From: an uncultured Candidatus Saccharibacteria bacterium
GTDB taxonomy: Bacteria; Patescibacteriota; Doudnabacteria; UBA920
Direction: 5' to 3'
Assembly: GCA_964434195.1 (NCBI GenBank)
Contig: CAYSUI010000002.1
Location: 2,562-66,561, forward strand
DNA length: 64,000 bases
Shown here one piece after another: positions 28,303 through 38,310 of the stretch. The translations under genes were made by a program, and so were the position numbers. The notes below the pieces were generated by a model that was not told where the DNA came from, did no database searches, and saw nothing but the letters and a program-made list of their open reading frames with translations. Positions within the stretch are counted from its first letter, which is position 1. Each line of letters opens with the position of its first letter.

Positions 28303-29410
28303 AGTGTTGTTAAAGAAAAAAAATCAAGCGGACTTGCCGCTTGTTTTAGGCTTTTCGGCGATTATAGTTATAGGTATCTTAATGCTCTATTCCGCTTCTA
28401 CGGTAGTGTCATTTAGAAATTTCGGAAATACTTCTTATTTTGCCACGCATCAATTACTTTATGGTTTATTACCAGGTTTAGTAGTTGCATACATTTGTTC
28501 TAAAATCGATTACCATTTTTGGGAAAAATTAATACCCATTCTTGCTGTGGTGTCTCTTTTAGCATTGGCATTAGTTAAGCTACCTGGAGTTGGATTTTCG
28601 GCTGGTGGCGCCACAAGATGGATCCGTCTAGGTTTTATCACTTTTCAACCAGCTGAATTAGCTAAATTTGCTGTTATCGTCTATACGGCTGGTTGGATAA
28701 GTAAAAAACAGATGGAATTGAGGGATTTTTATCTAGGGCTTTTTCCTTATCTTGTTGTGATGGGGTTATTTTCAATTTTAATCTTATGGCAACCAGACGT
28801 AGGAACCATGCTATCACTAATTTTCACAGGTGGAGCTATGCTTTTTTTAGGGGGATTAAGTATGAAATATTTTGCTGGTATCGGTGGGGTAGGTGCTTTA
28901 TTAATGGCAATTATAATCAAACTTGAACCCTATAGAATGGAGAGATTGCTAACTTTTTTAAATCCTAGTGCAGACCCTAAAGGTGCAGGTTATCAAATAA
29001 ATCAAGCACTTTTAGCCATAGGAGCCGGTGGTATATTCGGCTATGGTTATGGTCTATCCAGGCAAAAACATAATTACTTACCTGAAGTAATAGGTGACTC
29101 TATTTTCGCTGTCATGGCTGAAGAGCTAGGTCTTATTAAGGTGTCTTTAATAATATTATTATTTATATTTGTAGCACTCAGGGGTATTTACATAAGCCTC
29201 AAAGCGCCGGATATATTTGGAAGAGTCCTTGGGACAGGAATAATCGCCTCAATTATGGTTCAAGTCTTCATTAACATAGGTGCCATAATGGGCTTGCTTC
29301 CTTTAACTGGGATACCATTACCGTTTATTAGTTACGGGAGTAGCGCTCTAATTATGAATTTAGTAGGTTTGGGTGTTCTTTTAAATATCTCAAAACAGGC
29401 CAAACAGTAA
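28280..29410 (+). CDS. ftsW: SEDS-family peptidoglycan glycosyltransferase FtsW/RodA
   Basis: 10-TM protein with the conserved SEDS segments (PSEFAKF-like QPAELAKFAVIVY, GDSIFAV). Confidence 0.85.
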   Translation: MPKLSTNKVLLKKKNQADLPLVLGFSAIIVIGILMLYSASTVVSFRNFGNTSYFATHQLLYGLLPGLVVAYICSKIDYHFWEKLIPILAVVSLLALALVKLPGVGFSAGGATRWIRLGFITFQPAELAKFAVIVYTAGWISKKQMELRDFYLGLFPYLVVMGLFSILILWQPDVGTMLSLIFTGGAMLFLGGLSMKYFAGIGGVGALLMAIIIKLEPYRMERLLTFLNPSADPKGAGYQINQALLAIGAGGIFGYGYGLSRQKHNYLPEVIGDSIFAVMAEELGLIKVSLIILLFIFVALRGIYISLKAPDIFGRVLGTGIIASIMVQVFINIGAIMGLLPLTGIPLPFISYGSSALIMNLVGLGVLLNISKQAKQ

Positions 29411-29412
29411 TT

Positions 29413-31440
29413 ATGTCCAAAAAAAAGATTAAATTCTTCTTCTACCATAACGTTTTCGAAGAGATGGAAAGTGATAATTCGCAGGAAGACGCCTTTGAGG
29501 ACGAAAATGTTAAATCAAAAAAAAAGAAAAAATGGTTAAATATCTCAATTTTTTGCATCTTAGGTAGTATCGTATTAAGTGCGTTCTTTCTGCTTTGGTT
29601 TACTTCCAAGGCGATTTTAGTTAAGGATAAGGTAAAAAATGCAATATTAGGTGCAGTAACAGATATCAACTCAGCTCAGAGAGAGATTTCTAATTCTAAC
29701 CCAGCTCTTGCACAAAACAATTTTCAGGATGCATTTTCAAAATTTGAGCAAGCGCAAAAAGATATATCTGAGAATGGCAAATTACTAAAATTATTAGCAG
29801 ATTTACATCCAAAATCTAAAGAAGCACAAAAAATCCTTCAAGCTTCAAAATTGTTAAGCGAAGCTGGAATTAGGGCAAGTAACTTTTCAGTTAGGTATCA
29901 AGATATTAAATTCAATTTATCTGGAGCATCAGGTGTAGATGATCGTAAAATTCAAGACTTTTTAAATCAGAGCAAGACGGAACTTCTAGAGATTGAAAAA
30001 CAAGTAAGTGAAGCGAATAAAATATTAGACGAACTTACGCTTGAAGGTTTTGGAGAAGATGAGAAGTCTAAGATTAGGGACTTAAAAGCTAAAGTAACCA
30101 AACTAAAGGATATCCTAATAACTTTAGACGATATTATGCTTGTCTTTAGAGGATTTCTTACAGGTAATAAAAATATTCTAATTTTATTCCAAAATAACAG
30201 GGAAATAAGAGCCACGGGAGGATTTATCGGTACTTACGGAAAAATGAAAATAAAAAATGGAGTGATTAAGGAAATTAAAGTGTCCAGTATTTATGATTTA
30301 GATGGGCAACTAAAAAAACAAATCATACCACCAGAACCTATTTTTGCAGTAAATAACCAATGGTATCTAAGAGATAGTAATTGGTTCATCGATTTCTCAA
30401 AATCTGCCTCAAAAGCATCTGTTTTCTACGAAAGAGAAGGGGGAGAAACTCCAGATTTTGTCATAGCTTTAACACCTGAAATTGTTGTAAGATTACTTGA
30501 AATCACAGGACCCATTGAACTACTAAGCTATAACACAAAAATAACGTCACAAAACTTTATCGAAACAACTGAATATTTAACTTCAGTTGCATACGATAAA
30601 AAAATAAATCAGCCAAAGGCAATGCTAGCTGATTTTATGCCAATATTTTTACAAAAAGTATTTTCACTCGAAGGAGAAAAGAAAATAAGTATGGTGAAAG
30701 TAATATCTGATGTGCTAAAAGAAAAAAATATTCTACTATTTTCAAGACATGATGAAACCCAAAATATTTTTAGAAAATATTTATGGTCCGGAGAAATATC
30801 GGACACTTCAGGAGATTTTCTTATGGTAAATTGGAGTAATTTAGGAGGCACAAAGGTAGATCAAGATTTAAATCAGAAATATAGACTAGAATCCAATTTG
30901 GGAAAAGACGGAATTATCGAAAATACATTATATATTACAAGATCAAATCCCTTGCCTAAATTAGATGGCTTAAAATCATTGAGCTATGTTCGAATAGTGG
31001 TTCCGTTAGGTAGTAGACTTCAGGAAGTAAGCGGTTTTACTGAGCAGCCATTTGACTCACTAACTATTAATAAAGTAGGGGAGCGTGATTCTGACGTTGA
31101 GGCAATTGAATCATTTAGTAAGCTAGATTTTAATAACAGAACAAATGTATCTCAAGAATCAGGAAAAACAGTCTTTGGGAATTGGTTAGAATTAAAACCT
31201 GGAGAAACCAGGCAAATAAAAATACGCTACATATTACCCTTTAAATTTAGTAAAGTACATCCATATTCAGTATACTTTCAAAAACAACCTGGACTTAATA
31301 ATACCTCGGTCGAATATAGATTAACCGCTGATAATACCTGGAATTTACGAGATATTGAAAAAGATCAAAATGAGAGGAATATCGAAAAACATTTTCCACT
31401 AAAAGTGGATAATTGGTTTGGATTTGTTCTCTCAAAATAA
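29413..31440 (+). CDS. hypothetical membrane-anchored protein (possibly DUF4012-like)
   Basis: 675 aa with an N-terminal TM helix, a coiled-coil region, then a large extracytoplasmic domain (FQNNREIRATGGFIGTYG...). The DUF4012 family assignment is from memory, not a computed match. Confidence 0.45.
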   Translation: MSKKKIKFFFYHNVFEEMESDNSQEDAFEDENVKSKKKKKWLNISIFCILGSIVLSAFFLLWFTSKAILVKDKVKNAILGAVTDINSAQREISNSNPALAQNNFQDAFSKFEQAQKDISENGKLLKLLADLHPKSKEAQKILQASKLLSEAGIRASNFSVRYQDIKFNLSGASGVDDRKIQDFLNQSKTELLEIEKQVSEANKILDELTLEGFGEDEKSKIRDLKAKVTKLKDILITLDDIMLVFRGFLTGNKNILILFQNNREIRATGGFIGTYGKMKIKNGVIKEIKVSSIYDLDGQLKKQIIPPEPIFAVNNQWYLRDSNWFIDFSKSASKASVFYEREGGETPDFVIALTPEIVVRLLEITGPIELLSYNTKITSQNFIETTEYLTSVAYDKKINQPKAMLADFMPIFLQKVFSLEGEKKISMVKVISDVLKEKNILLFSRHDETQNIFRKYLWSGEISDTSGDFLMVNWSNLGGTKVDQDLNQKYRLESNLGKDGIIENTLYITRSNPLPKLDGLKSLSYVRIVVPLGSRLQEVSGFTEQPFDSLTINKVGERDSDVEAIESFSKLDFNNRTNVSQESGKTVFGNWLELKPGETRQIKIRYILPFKFSKVHPYSVYFQKQPGLNNTSVEYRLTADNTWNLRDIEKDQNERNIEKHFPLKVDNWFGFVLSK

Positions 31441-31445
31441 TTTTT

Positions 31446-33059
31446 ATGATAAAAATTCTCAGAAAATATGATGATAATTTCACTCTTTCAAGGGCCACTT
31501 TCATAATTGGCCTAGCTACTTTACTCACAAAATTAATTTCTTTATTAAGAGTTAATCTTTTTGCGAGTAGGTTGGCAGCAGGTGATTTAGCTGATGTTTA
31601 TTTTACCTCATTCAGAATTCCTGATTTCATTTTCAATCTTCTTATTTTAGGCACTATGTCAGTTGCATTCATTCCTCTTTATGTCCAATTCAAGTCAAAA
31701 AATAAGAATGAATCCCTAGAATTCGCAAATACTATTCTGAATACATCATTCTTAGTAATGCTGTTAGTGCTCACAATAGTTTATTTTTTTATAGGAGAAA
31801 TTACTAAATCTTTAGTACCTGGATTCCCTCCAGAAAAATTACAAGAAACTATAAATTTTAGTAAGCTTCTCCTGGTTTCTCCGCTTATATTCACTGTTTC
31901 AAACCTATTTACAGCCATACTTACATCTCATAAAAGATTTCTAATCATCAGCCTTGCTCCGATACTCTATAACTTGGGAATTATTTTGGGTATTCTATTT
32001 TTCTACCCCTACTTTGGTTTTAAAGGGTTAGCTTATGGGGTAATTTTGGGTGCTTTAATGCATTTATCTATTCAGATTCCAGAATTGATACGTATAGGAT
32101 TCTCTTATAAATTTATCCTTAAACTTAGGGATACTAAATTCAAGAATTTTTTAAATCTGTTTTTTCCAAGAATATTTGCTTTTGATAGTTCTAGTATCAG
32201 TTTAATAATAGGCTCAGTATTTGGCTCTTCACTCGGAGTAGGTGCAATAGCCGTTTATAATTATGCATTCGACTTACAAAGCGTTCCTTTGGGAATATTT
32301 GCTGCTTCCACTGCAGCAGCGGCATTCCCGGTTTTAACCTCGGCACATACGAATGGTAATCTACATGAGTTTATTGAAACCCTAAGAAAGAGTATTTTAA
32401 AAATACTATATTATGTATTGCCAATATCAGTAATGTTTCTAGTATTTAGAGCGCAAATAGTAAGAATTTTACTTGGACATGGAAAATTTGGCTGGGAGGA
32501 AACCATACTTACTTTCAACGCTTTGGGAATTTTTAGTTTATCTCTTGCTTCGCAGGCAATAATACCTCTTCTCTCAAGAAGTTTTTATGCCAAACACAAC
32601 ACAAAAATCCCTGTAGTAATAGGAGTGATCGCTATGATCATAAATATTTCGCTTGCTTATTTTTTTCATTCAAGTTTAGGAATCATAGGTATTGTCGCCG
32701 CTTTCAGTATTAGTAACTCTATAAACTGTATTATTCTTTTCTTGTTACTTCGATTCAAGTATCTTGCACCAGGTAATTCCGAATACTTAATAGATAACTT
32801 CGATAATCCGCTAGTAAAAAATATCGTACTTATTGTTTTGGCGTCAGGATTATTCGGTGTGGTTATATATGGAATGCTTTACCTCGCCTCTACTTTTTTA
32901 CCTACAGATACCACTTTAGGACTTATATTTCAAACAGGATTATCCGGTACTATAGGTGTGATAGTGTACTTGCTTCTCACAAAGCAAATGAAGCTAGATG
33001 AGTCCTTAAATTTATGGAAAATAGTTGAACGTTTACGTAAATACACAAAGGTAGACTAA
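31446..33059 (+). CDS. murJ: lipid II flippase MurJ (MviN)
   Basis: 14-TM protein. The N-terminus LRVNLFASRLAAGDLADVYFTSFRIPDF matches the MurJ signature. Start moved to ATG 31446 (ORF track 31413) so it follows the upstream stop. Confidence 0.8.
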   Translation: MIKILRKYDDNFTLSRATFIIGLATLLTKLISLLRVNLFASRLAAGDLADVYFTSFRIPDFIFNLLILGTMSVAFIPLYVQFKSKNKNESLEFANTILNTSFLVMLLVLTIVYFFIGEITKSLVPGFPPEKLQETINFSKLLLVSPLIFTVSNLFTAILTSHKRFLIISLAPILYNLGIILGILFFYPYFGFKGLAYGVILGALMHLSIQIPELIRIGFSYKFILKLRDTKFKNFLNLFFPRIFAFDSSSISLIIGSVFGSSLGVGAIAVYNYAFDLQSVPLGIFAASTAAAAFPVLTSAHTNGNLHEFIETLRKSILKILYYVLPISVMFLVFRAQIVRILLGHGKFGWEETILTFNALGIFSLSLASQAIIPLLSRSFYAKHNTKIPVVIGVIAMIINISLAYFFHSSLGIIGIVAAFSISNSINCIILFLLLRFKYLAPGNSEYLIDNFDNPLVKNIVLIVLASGLFGVVIYGMLYLASTFLPTDTTLGLIFQTGLSGTIGVIVYLLLTKQMKLDESLNLWKIVERLRKYTKVD

Positions 33060-33091
33060 TAAATCAACCACTGCTATTATTAGCATTACAA

Positions 33092-34879
33092 ATGTTAGAA
33101 AATATAAGAAATTTTTGCATTATCGCACACATTGATCACGGTAAGTCGACACTGGCTGACCGCCTTTTAGAAATGACAAATACCGTAAATAAACGGGAAA
33201 TGAAAGAACAGCTCCTTGATCAAATGGATATAGAAAGAGAAAGGGGTATTACAATAAAACTCCAACCTGTAAGAATGAATTACAGATATAACTCCACCGA
33301 TTATATTCTTAACCTAATAGACACTCCAGGCCATGTCGACTTTGCCTATGAAGTTAGTAGGAGCTTAGCTTGTTGTGAAGGAGCGATACTCGTAGTAGAC
33401 AGCACGCAGGGTATAGAAGCTCAGACCCTCGCCAATGCCTATTTAGCCATAGAGCATAACTTAACTATAATTCCAGTAGTCAACAAAATAGACTTACCTA
33501 ATTCAGATAAAGAAAAAACAGCAAACGAACTTATATCAGCTTTTGGTTTCAAAAAAGAAGAAATACTTTATACCTCAGGTAAAACTGGTGAAGGAGTAGA
33601 CTTACTCTTAGAAGAAATCGTAAAACGCATACAATCTCCCAAAGGCAACCCCGAGAAACCTTTCAGGGGGTTAATTTTCGATTCTCAATACGATATTCAC
33701 AGAGGAGTTATATCCTATATTAGAGTTTTTGATGGTCACTTAGAAAGTAGGAAAAAAATTTCCATGCTAGCCTCCTCGGCTGAGGCGGAAAGCTTGGAGG
33801 TTGGATATTTCAAACCTAAATTTTTCAAATCAGAGCAAATACTCACAGGCGAGGTTGGATATGTGGTTACTGGTCTTAGAGACGTATCTAGCGCTAGGGT
33901 GGGGGATACCATCACTCTGGTAGAGGAGAAGGAAACAGATCCATTACCTGGATATAAACTTGTAGTACCAATGGTATATGCAAGTATTTTTCCCGTCTCT
34001 GGCGATGACTACCCACAACTAAGAGATGCTATGGGAAAACTTAAACTTTCTGATAGCGCGCTAGTCTTTGAACCAGAACATATTCCTAGTATTGGGTTTG
34101 GATTCAGAACAGGATTTTTAGGACTTCTCCATATGGATATAGTCCAAGAAAGACTAACTAGGGAATACAACCTTGATCTAATATTAACTGCTCCTAGTGT
34201 TGCCTATAATATTATCCGCTCAGATGACTCAAGTATTGTTGTACATAACCCAGCAGAGTTTCCTGATCCTAGTCATATAAAGACTATTTTAGAACCTTGG
34301 ATGTCAGTAACTATCCTTACTCCAAAAGATTATATTGGTCCTATAATGGAAATTGTCACCAAAAGACGCGGAATAAGTAAAAATTTACAGTACTTAAGCG
34401 ACGCTAGAGTCGAAATGAATTTTGAAATGCCCCTCGCACAAATAATAGTCGATTTCTACGACACACTAAAAAGTGCCACCAGTGGTTATGCGTCCTTAAA
34501 TTACGATTTCATAGAGAATAGACCCGGCGATGTTGTTAAGGTGGATATTCTGGTGGGTGGAGAAAAGGTAGATGCACTAGCATGTATACTTCACCGCTCA
34601 GTAGCTGAGAGTGAGGGTAGGGAACTAGTAAGTAGGCTAAAGGCTTTAATTCCCAAGCAGCAGTTCGAAATAGCGCTACAAGCTGCTATAGGTGGAAAAT
34701 TCATTGCAAGAGAAACCATCTCCGCTCTTAGAAAAGACGTAACAGGGTATCTTTACGGAGGAGATGTAACTAGAAAAATGAAGTTACTTAATAAACAGAA
34801 AAAGGGGAAAAAACGTATGAAAAAAATCGGCAAAGTAGACATCCCTCAAGAAGCCTTCTTAGCAGTCTTAAAAAAATAA
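33092..34879 (+). CDS. lepA: elongation factor 4 (LepA)
   Basis: RNFCIIAHIDHGKSTLADRLL G1 motif, DTPGHVDF, NKID, and the LepA-specific C-terminal domain. Confidence 0.95.
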   Translation: MLENIRNFCIIAHIDHGKSTLADRLLEMTNTVNKREMKEQLLDQMDIERERGITIKLQPVRMNYRYNSTDYILNLIDTPGHVDFAYEVSRSLACCEGAILVVDSTQGIEAQTLANAYLAIEHNLTIIPVVNKIDLPNSDKEKTANELISAFGFKKEEILYTSGKTGEGVDLLLEEIVKRIQSPKGNPEKPFRGLIFDSQYDIHRGVISYIRVFDGHLESRKKISMLASSAEAESLEVGYFKPKFFKSEQILTGEVGYVVTGLRDVSSARVGDTITLVEEKETDPLPGYKLVVPMVYASIFPVSGDDYPQLRDAMGKLKLSDSALVFEPEHIPSIGFGFRTGFLGLLHMDIVQERLTREYNLDLILTAPSVAYNIIRSDDSSIVVHNPAEFPDPSHIKTILEPWMSVTILTPKDYIGPIMEIVTKRRGISKNLQYLSDARVEMNFEMPLAQIIVDFYDTLKSATSGYASLNYDFIENRPGDVVKVDILVGGEKVDALACILHRSVAESEGRELVSRLKALIPKQQFEIALQAAIGGKFIARETISALRKDVTGYLYGGDVTRKMKLLNKQKKGKKRMKKIGKVDIPQEAFLAVLKK

Positions 34880-35024
34880 ATCTACTTTTTGGTGTTATAC
34901 TTTAAATATGCTTAGAAATAGGGAAAAATTAGATAAAATTACAAAGGTTGTGGCTGTAATAATGCTTTTTGCATTAGTACTAGGGCTTTTTGGTTATAAC
35001 TTGTTTGCTTAACCATCTTTAATC

Positions 35025-35483
35025 ATGGTTACAACAGATATCAGGCAATCCAAATTATTTATACTAGGACCACTCCTAAGCATAATAATCTTAGGCGTAG
35101 GTGGTTTTATTTATCTGAAACGTTTCGAGATCTTAGACGATCTTCAAAAATGGTATATACTTTGGCTAATTTTACTTTTCGGTTGGTTTTTGTATCACTT
35201 AATTTTATGGGTGGGTACAAAATATACAGTAAATTCAGAAGGAATTATTATAAAGCTTCAAGAAGGTCTTTTAAAAAAAATTCACCAAGAAGTCAGTTTT
35301 GAAAAAATTAGCTCACTATCTATCGTAAAACATGGCCCACTTTCATTATTCTTTGATTATGGGGAAATAGAAGTTTTTACTATAGGTAGTGTTAAACCGG
35401 TCATTTTACATAGAGTCTCTAATCCTGCAGAGATACAAAAATTAATAAAAACTCGAATTCGAATTGATGAAGAGGAACACTAA
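35025..35483 (+). CDS. membrane protein with bacterial PH (bPH_2/YdbS-like) domain
   Basis: Two TM helices followed by a short beta-rich domain (TKYTVNSEGIIIK...) as in YdbS-type proteins. Confidence 0.45.
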   Translation: MVTTDIRQSKLFILGPLLSIIILGVGGFIYLKRFEILDDLQKWYILWLILLFGWFLYHLILWVGTKYTVNSEGIIIKLQEGLLKKIHQEVSFEKISSLSIVKHGPLSLFFDYGEIEVFTIGSVKPVILHRVSNPAEIQKLIKTRIRIDEEEH

Positions 35484-35865
35484 ATCATATAAAATAATAT
35501 TTTCCTGGACCGGTGTAGTTATTTTATTAGTTGTACTCGCTTTCATTTTAGAGAGTTATATTGAACAGTGGAAAAGAAAAACACAAATTGCTTCTGAAGT
35601 ACAATTATTAAGAAATGAAAAAGAAAACCTTTTTCAAGCTAACAAACAATTAGAAGAAAACCTAAAATTTCTAGGAACATCGAGCTATAAATCTAAAATG
35701 GCTAGAGGTATAAATATGAAAATCGAAGGTGAAGAGGTTATAATTTTTCCCGAAAATTTCAATGTAATTAAAAACCCAGAAAATAATTCAGAGAAAAAAG
35801 AAGCTACTAGTAATCCCAGAAAATGGTGGAATTATTTTATGAATCCACATTCACAAGAAAAATAG
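35464..35865 (+). CDS. FtsB/DivIC-like septum formation initiator (cell-division coiled-coil protein)
   Basis: N-terminal TM helix, the coiled coil LRNEKENLFQANKQLEENLKFL, and the characteristic ...MARGINMKIEGEEVIIFPE tail. Confidence 0.5.
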   Translation: MMKRNTKSYKIIFSWTGVVILLVVLAFILESYIEQWKRKTQIASEVQLLRNEKENLFQANKQLEENLKFLGTSSYKSKMARGINMKIEGEEVIIFPENFNVIKNPENNSEKKEATSNPRKWWNYFMNPHSQEK

Positions 35866-35890
35866 ACATTTTGTTAGAATAGCTTAGAAA

Positions 35891-36682
35891 ATGCATAAAA
35901 AAAGTAATAAAAAAATAAATTGGCTCGTATACATACCGTTGGCTATCTTACTTACGATTGTCGCCGGAGTAGGTATGTTAGCTTGGGTATACAAATCTCC
36001 CTACAATTCAAATAAAATATACTTCTACGATAGTTTAAATTTACCCGTTGCCATTATTAACAATAATTTTGTACATTACAATTCCTTAAAATATCGGATA
36101 GAAAAATCAAAAACCTTAGGAAGAAAAATTACATTAGATGAAGCTCTGGTTTTAGAATTAGATGACAAAAAGAAAGAAATTTTTCTTAAATCAGTTAAGA
36201 CAGATCATTTATTAAATTTAAAAACCTTTATTGGCCAGAGTATTAATAAACCTATTAGCAAAAGTGGTAATTTTGACCCTGAGGTGAGTGGATACATTAA
36301 TCAAATTGTTCTCCAAACCTATTTTAATGAGCAAAAGAAAATACACTCTACTGAATATAAGAAAGCAGAAAGCATACTAGGTCAACTTAAAAATGGAGAC
36401 TCAATAAAGACTGACTTTGTATCAGATAGCGGATTTATTGAAGTCTCCAAACTCCTACCTGAAATACAGCTAAGTTTAAAAGAGATCCCAGGTACAGAGC
36501 CTAGGATAATAGCAACCAGATTCGGGATTTTAATATTTGAGCCTTCAAAAATTAGCTTAGATTCAAATTCAAACGAAAAAAAAATTAGCCTCAGAAGTGT
36601 ATTTATACCTACGAGTGGCTACAATGATTGGATTAAAAAACAAATTACAAATATCAAGGTCAAAACCTATTTGAAAAATTAA
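35891..36682 (+). CDS. hypothetical membrane-anchored protein
   Basis: 263 aa with an N-terminal TM helix. No recognisable domain. Confidence 0.4.
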   Translation: MHKKSNKKINWLVYIPLAILLTIVAGVGMLAWVYKSPYNSNKIYFYDSLNLPVAIINNNFVHYNSLKYRIEKSKTLGRKITLDEALVLELDDKKKEIFLKSVKTDHLLNLKTFIGQSINKPISKSGNFDPEVSGYINQIVLQTYFNEQKKIHSTEYKKAESILGQLKNGDSIKTDFVSDSGFIEVSKLLPEIQLSLKEIPGTEPRIIATRFGILIFEPSKISLDSNSNEKKISLRSVFIPTSGYNDWIKKQITNIKVKTYLKN

Positions 36683-36699
36683 GTCCTCATGTCTAAGGT

Positions 36700-38124
36700 A
36701 TGTCTAGGTTTAAAGAATTGGTAAAGTATTTGTACAAAGCTAGAAAAAAAGGTCTTAAAAAGTCAGAAATTGAATCAAATCTTAAAACAATGGGTTGGAG
36801 TTCATTGTGGATTTGGCTTGCATGGAAAAAATTAAATAATTTATCGAAAAAAAATTTAGAACAACAACAAAAAAACAAGAAAAATTATTTATTCTATGGC
36901 TCAATTTTCTCAGGTTTAATCTTGATATTATTAGTACTTTTATGGGTACAAGGTTTTATCTATTTAAAGGGTCCCACACTTTTCAGGCCAGATTTGAAAT
37001 TTGCCAAATTTTTAGAATTACAAAAACATCGCACCCAAAGCATAGCATTTTCATTCAGCTATACAGATGGCAAACAACAAAAAATCCCTTTTAAATGGAG
37101 TGGTGAGGGTAAAATAAATGAAATGAACACAGGGGGACAAAAAGAATTTCAAGTAGGTATAAATTCAAAGCTATATCTTGAAAATGAATATCCTACCAAG
37201 CATTTGTTACGCATGAACTCAGAGGGAATTTATTTAAAAAACTATATTTCACAAGAATTAGAAAATAAACTCGAGGACAAAACTGAAGTTGTTAATACCT
37301 TGAATAAATGGACAAAAATATCTGATTCAGCACAAATATTAGATAAACCTAATGACATTACACTAAAACTAATAAAGGATTCAAAAATAAATAAATTTTT
37401 GGGGTTCGAAAAATCTGAACAAGGTTTGGTATTGTTATATGAATTAAATATTAACCCAGATTTATTTATTAAAGCTCCTAGCGTCTCATTCGAGACTTTT
37501 AAAGGTACAAAAAATACAATTTTCTCTCCGAGTAGTTTAACACTAGCAATTTCTCCTATTGCAGGTAATTTCAAATACTTGGAATTCGTTGGTTACGGAC
37601 CATCGTTTTTAGATGTAGTCAACAAAATATACGCAAAAAAATCGGATCATAGCACAATTCAGAATGACAAACAAAGACTAAATGATCTTCAAGACATTTC
37701 AAATGAACTTGAAAGGTTTTATAATCGCTATCAGGGTTATCCGGAATCTATTCTTGGAAAACCAGAAGTAAATAAAGAAAAATTTAAATGGCCCACTGCT
37801 CCAGAAGCCGAAAGCGGTTGTTCGGAATTTTACAACACATACTGGTACACAGCTCTTGGGGAAAAAACCTTTAACTTAGACTTGGGAAAAAACATATTTC
37901 CAGACTACAAAGTGACATTTTGCTTAGGAAGTCAAATAGATAATCACAACTCAGGTGTTTCTGAACTTACCCCAAAGGGTATAAAAGCAATACCCTGCGA
38001 AAATGATCCCTATTGTTCTCCCAGCACCTTAAACATTAAAGGAATGTTAAAAAGTGAAAGGTTTTGGCAGGATATTCCCATAAATTCAAGATTGGATATT
38101 AAAATATTACCCGATACTCAATAA
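36700..38124 (+). CDS. hypothetical membrane protein with C-terminal pseudopilin-like segment
   Basis: Cytoplasmic basic N-terminus, one TM helix, and an extracytoplasmic domain. The segment KQRLNDLQDISNELERFYNRYQGYPES resembles the GspG/pseudopilin alpha-beta core (D..I..AL..Y....G.YP). No prepilin leader. Confidence 0.4.
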   Translation: MSRFKELVKYLYKARKKGLKKSEIESNLKTMGWSSLWIWLAWKKLNNLSKKNLEQQQKNKKNYLFYGSIFSGLILILLVLLWVQGFIYLKGPTLFRPDLKFAKFLELQKHRTQSIAFSFSYTDGKQQKIPFKWSGEGKINEMNTGGQKEFQVGINSKLYLENEYPTKHLLRMNSEGIYLKNYISQELENKLEDKTEVVNTLNKWTKISDSAQILDKPNDITLKLIKDSKINKFLGFEKSEQGLVLLYELNINPDLFIKAPSVSFETFKGTKNTIFSPSSLTLAISPIAGNFKYLEFVGYGPSFLDVVNKIYAKKSDHSTIQNDKQRLNDLQDISNELERFYNRYQGYPESILGKPEVNKEKFKWPTAPEAESGCSEFYNTYWYTALGEKTFNLDLGKNIFPDYKVTFCLGSQIDNHNSGVSELTPKGIKAIPCENDPYCSPSTLNIKGMLKSERFWQDIPINSRLDIKILPDTQ

Positions 38125-38126
38125 TA

Positions 38127-38155
38127 TTGAACTAACCTGACTAAATTACTATAAT
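38127..38155 (+). promoter_or_regulatory. sigma70 promoter TTGAAC-17-TATAAT for the tRNA-Gly/Thr transcription unit
   Basis: Near-consensus hexamers with 17-nt spacing. The predicted start lies ~12 nt before the tRNA-Gly-like pseudogene. Confidence 0.55.
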
Positions 38156-38174
38156 AATCAAAGTAAAAACGTTC

Positions 38175-38272
38175 GCGGGTATAGTACATCGGTAGTATGC
38201 GACCTTCCCAAGGTTTAAGCACGGTATGCCATAGAGGGACTCACGTCGTCCCCTCCAATCGGGATACCCGAG
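38175..38272 (+). pseudogene. degenerate tRNA-Gly(CCC) paralog (tRNA-like, probably non-functional)
   Basis: The first 52 nt (acceptor 5' strand, D-arm, anticodon arm with CCC, start of variable region) align to the downstream tRNA-Gly with a few substitutions, including a C27-U43 mismatch. The T-arm is replaced by unrelated GC-rich sequence. A degenerate acceptor 3' strand ATACCCGA follows. Confidence 0.5.
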
Positions 38273-38310
38273 TTGGAGCCACCCCTTCTCGCCGCCGTCG
38301 CGGCTAGTAA
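38227..38310 (+). other. GC-rich hairpin cluster between pseudo-tRNA and tRNA-Gly (candidate structured RNA)
   Basis: Three stem-loops: GGGAC-N7-GTCCC; an 11-bp bulged stem CTCCAATCGGG-ATA-CCCGAGTTGGAG; and GCCGC-CGTC-GCGGC. The GC content appears far above the surrounding AT-rich DNA. Confidence 0.35.

Noticed and set aside
38175-38272. Upstream tRNA-Gly-like sequence considered as a second functional tRNA-Gly, possibly intron-containing.
   Set aside because: Only the 5' 52 nt align. A canonical T-arm and a contiguous acceptor 3' strand are missing. The inserted sequence does not resemble a group I intron, and the downstream tRNA-Gly is complete on its own. Called a pseudogene / tRNA-like element.
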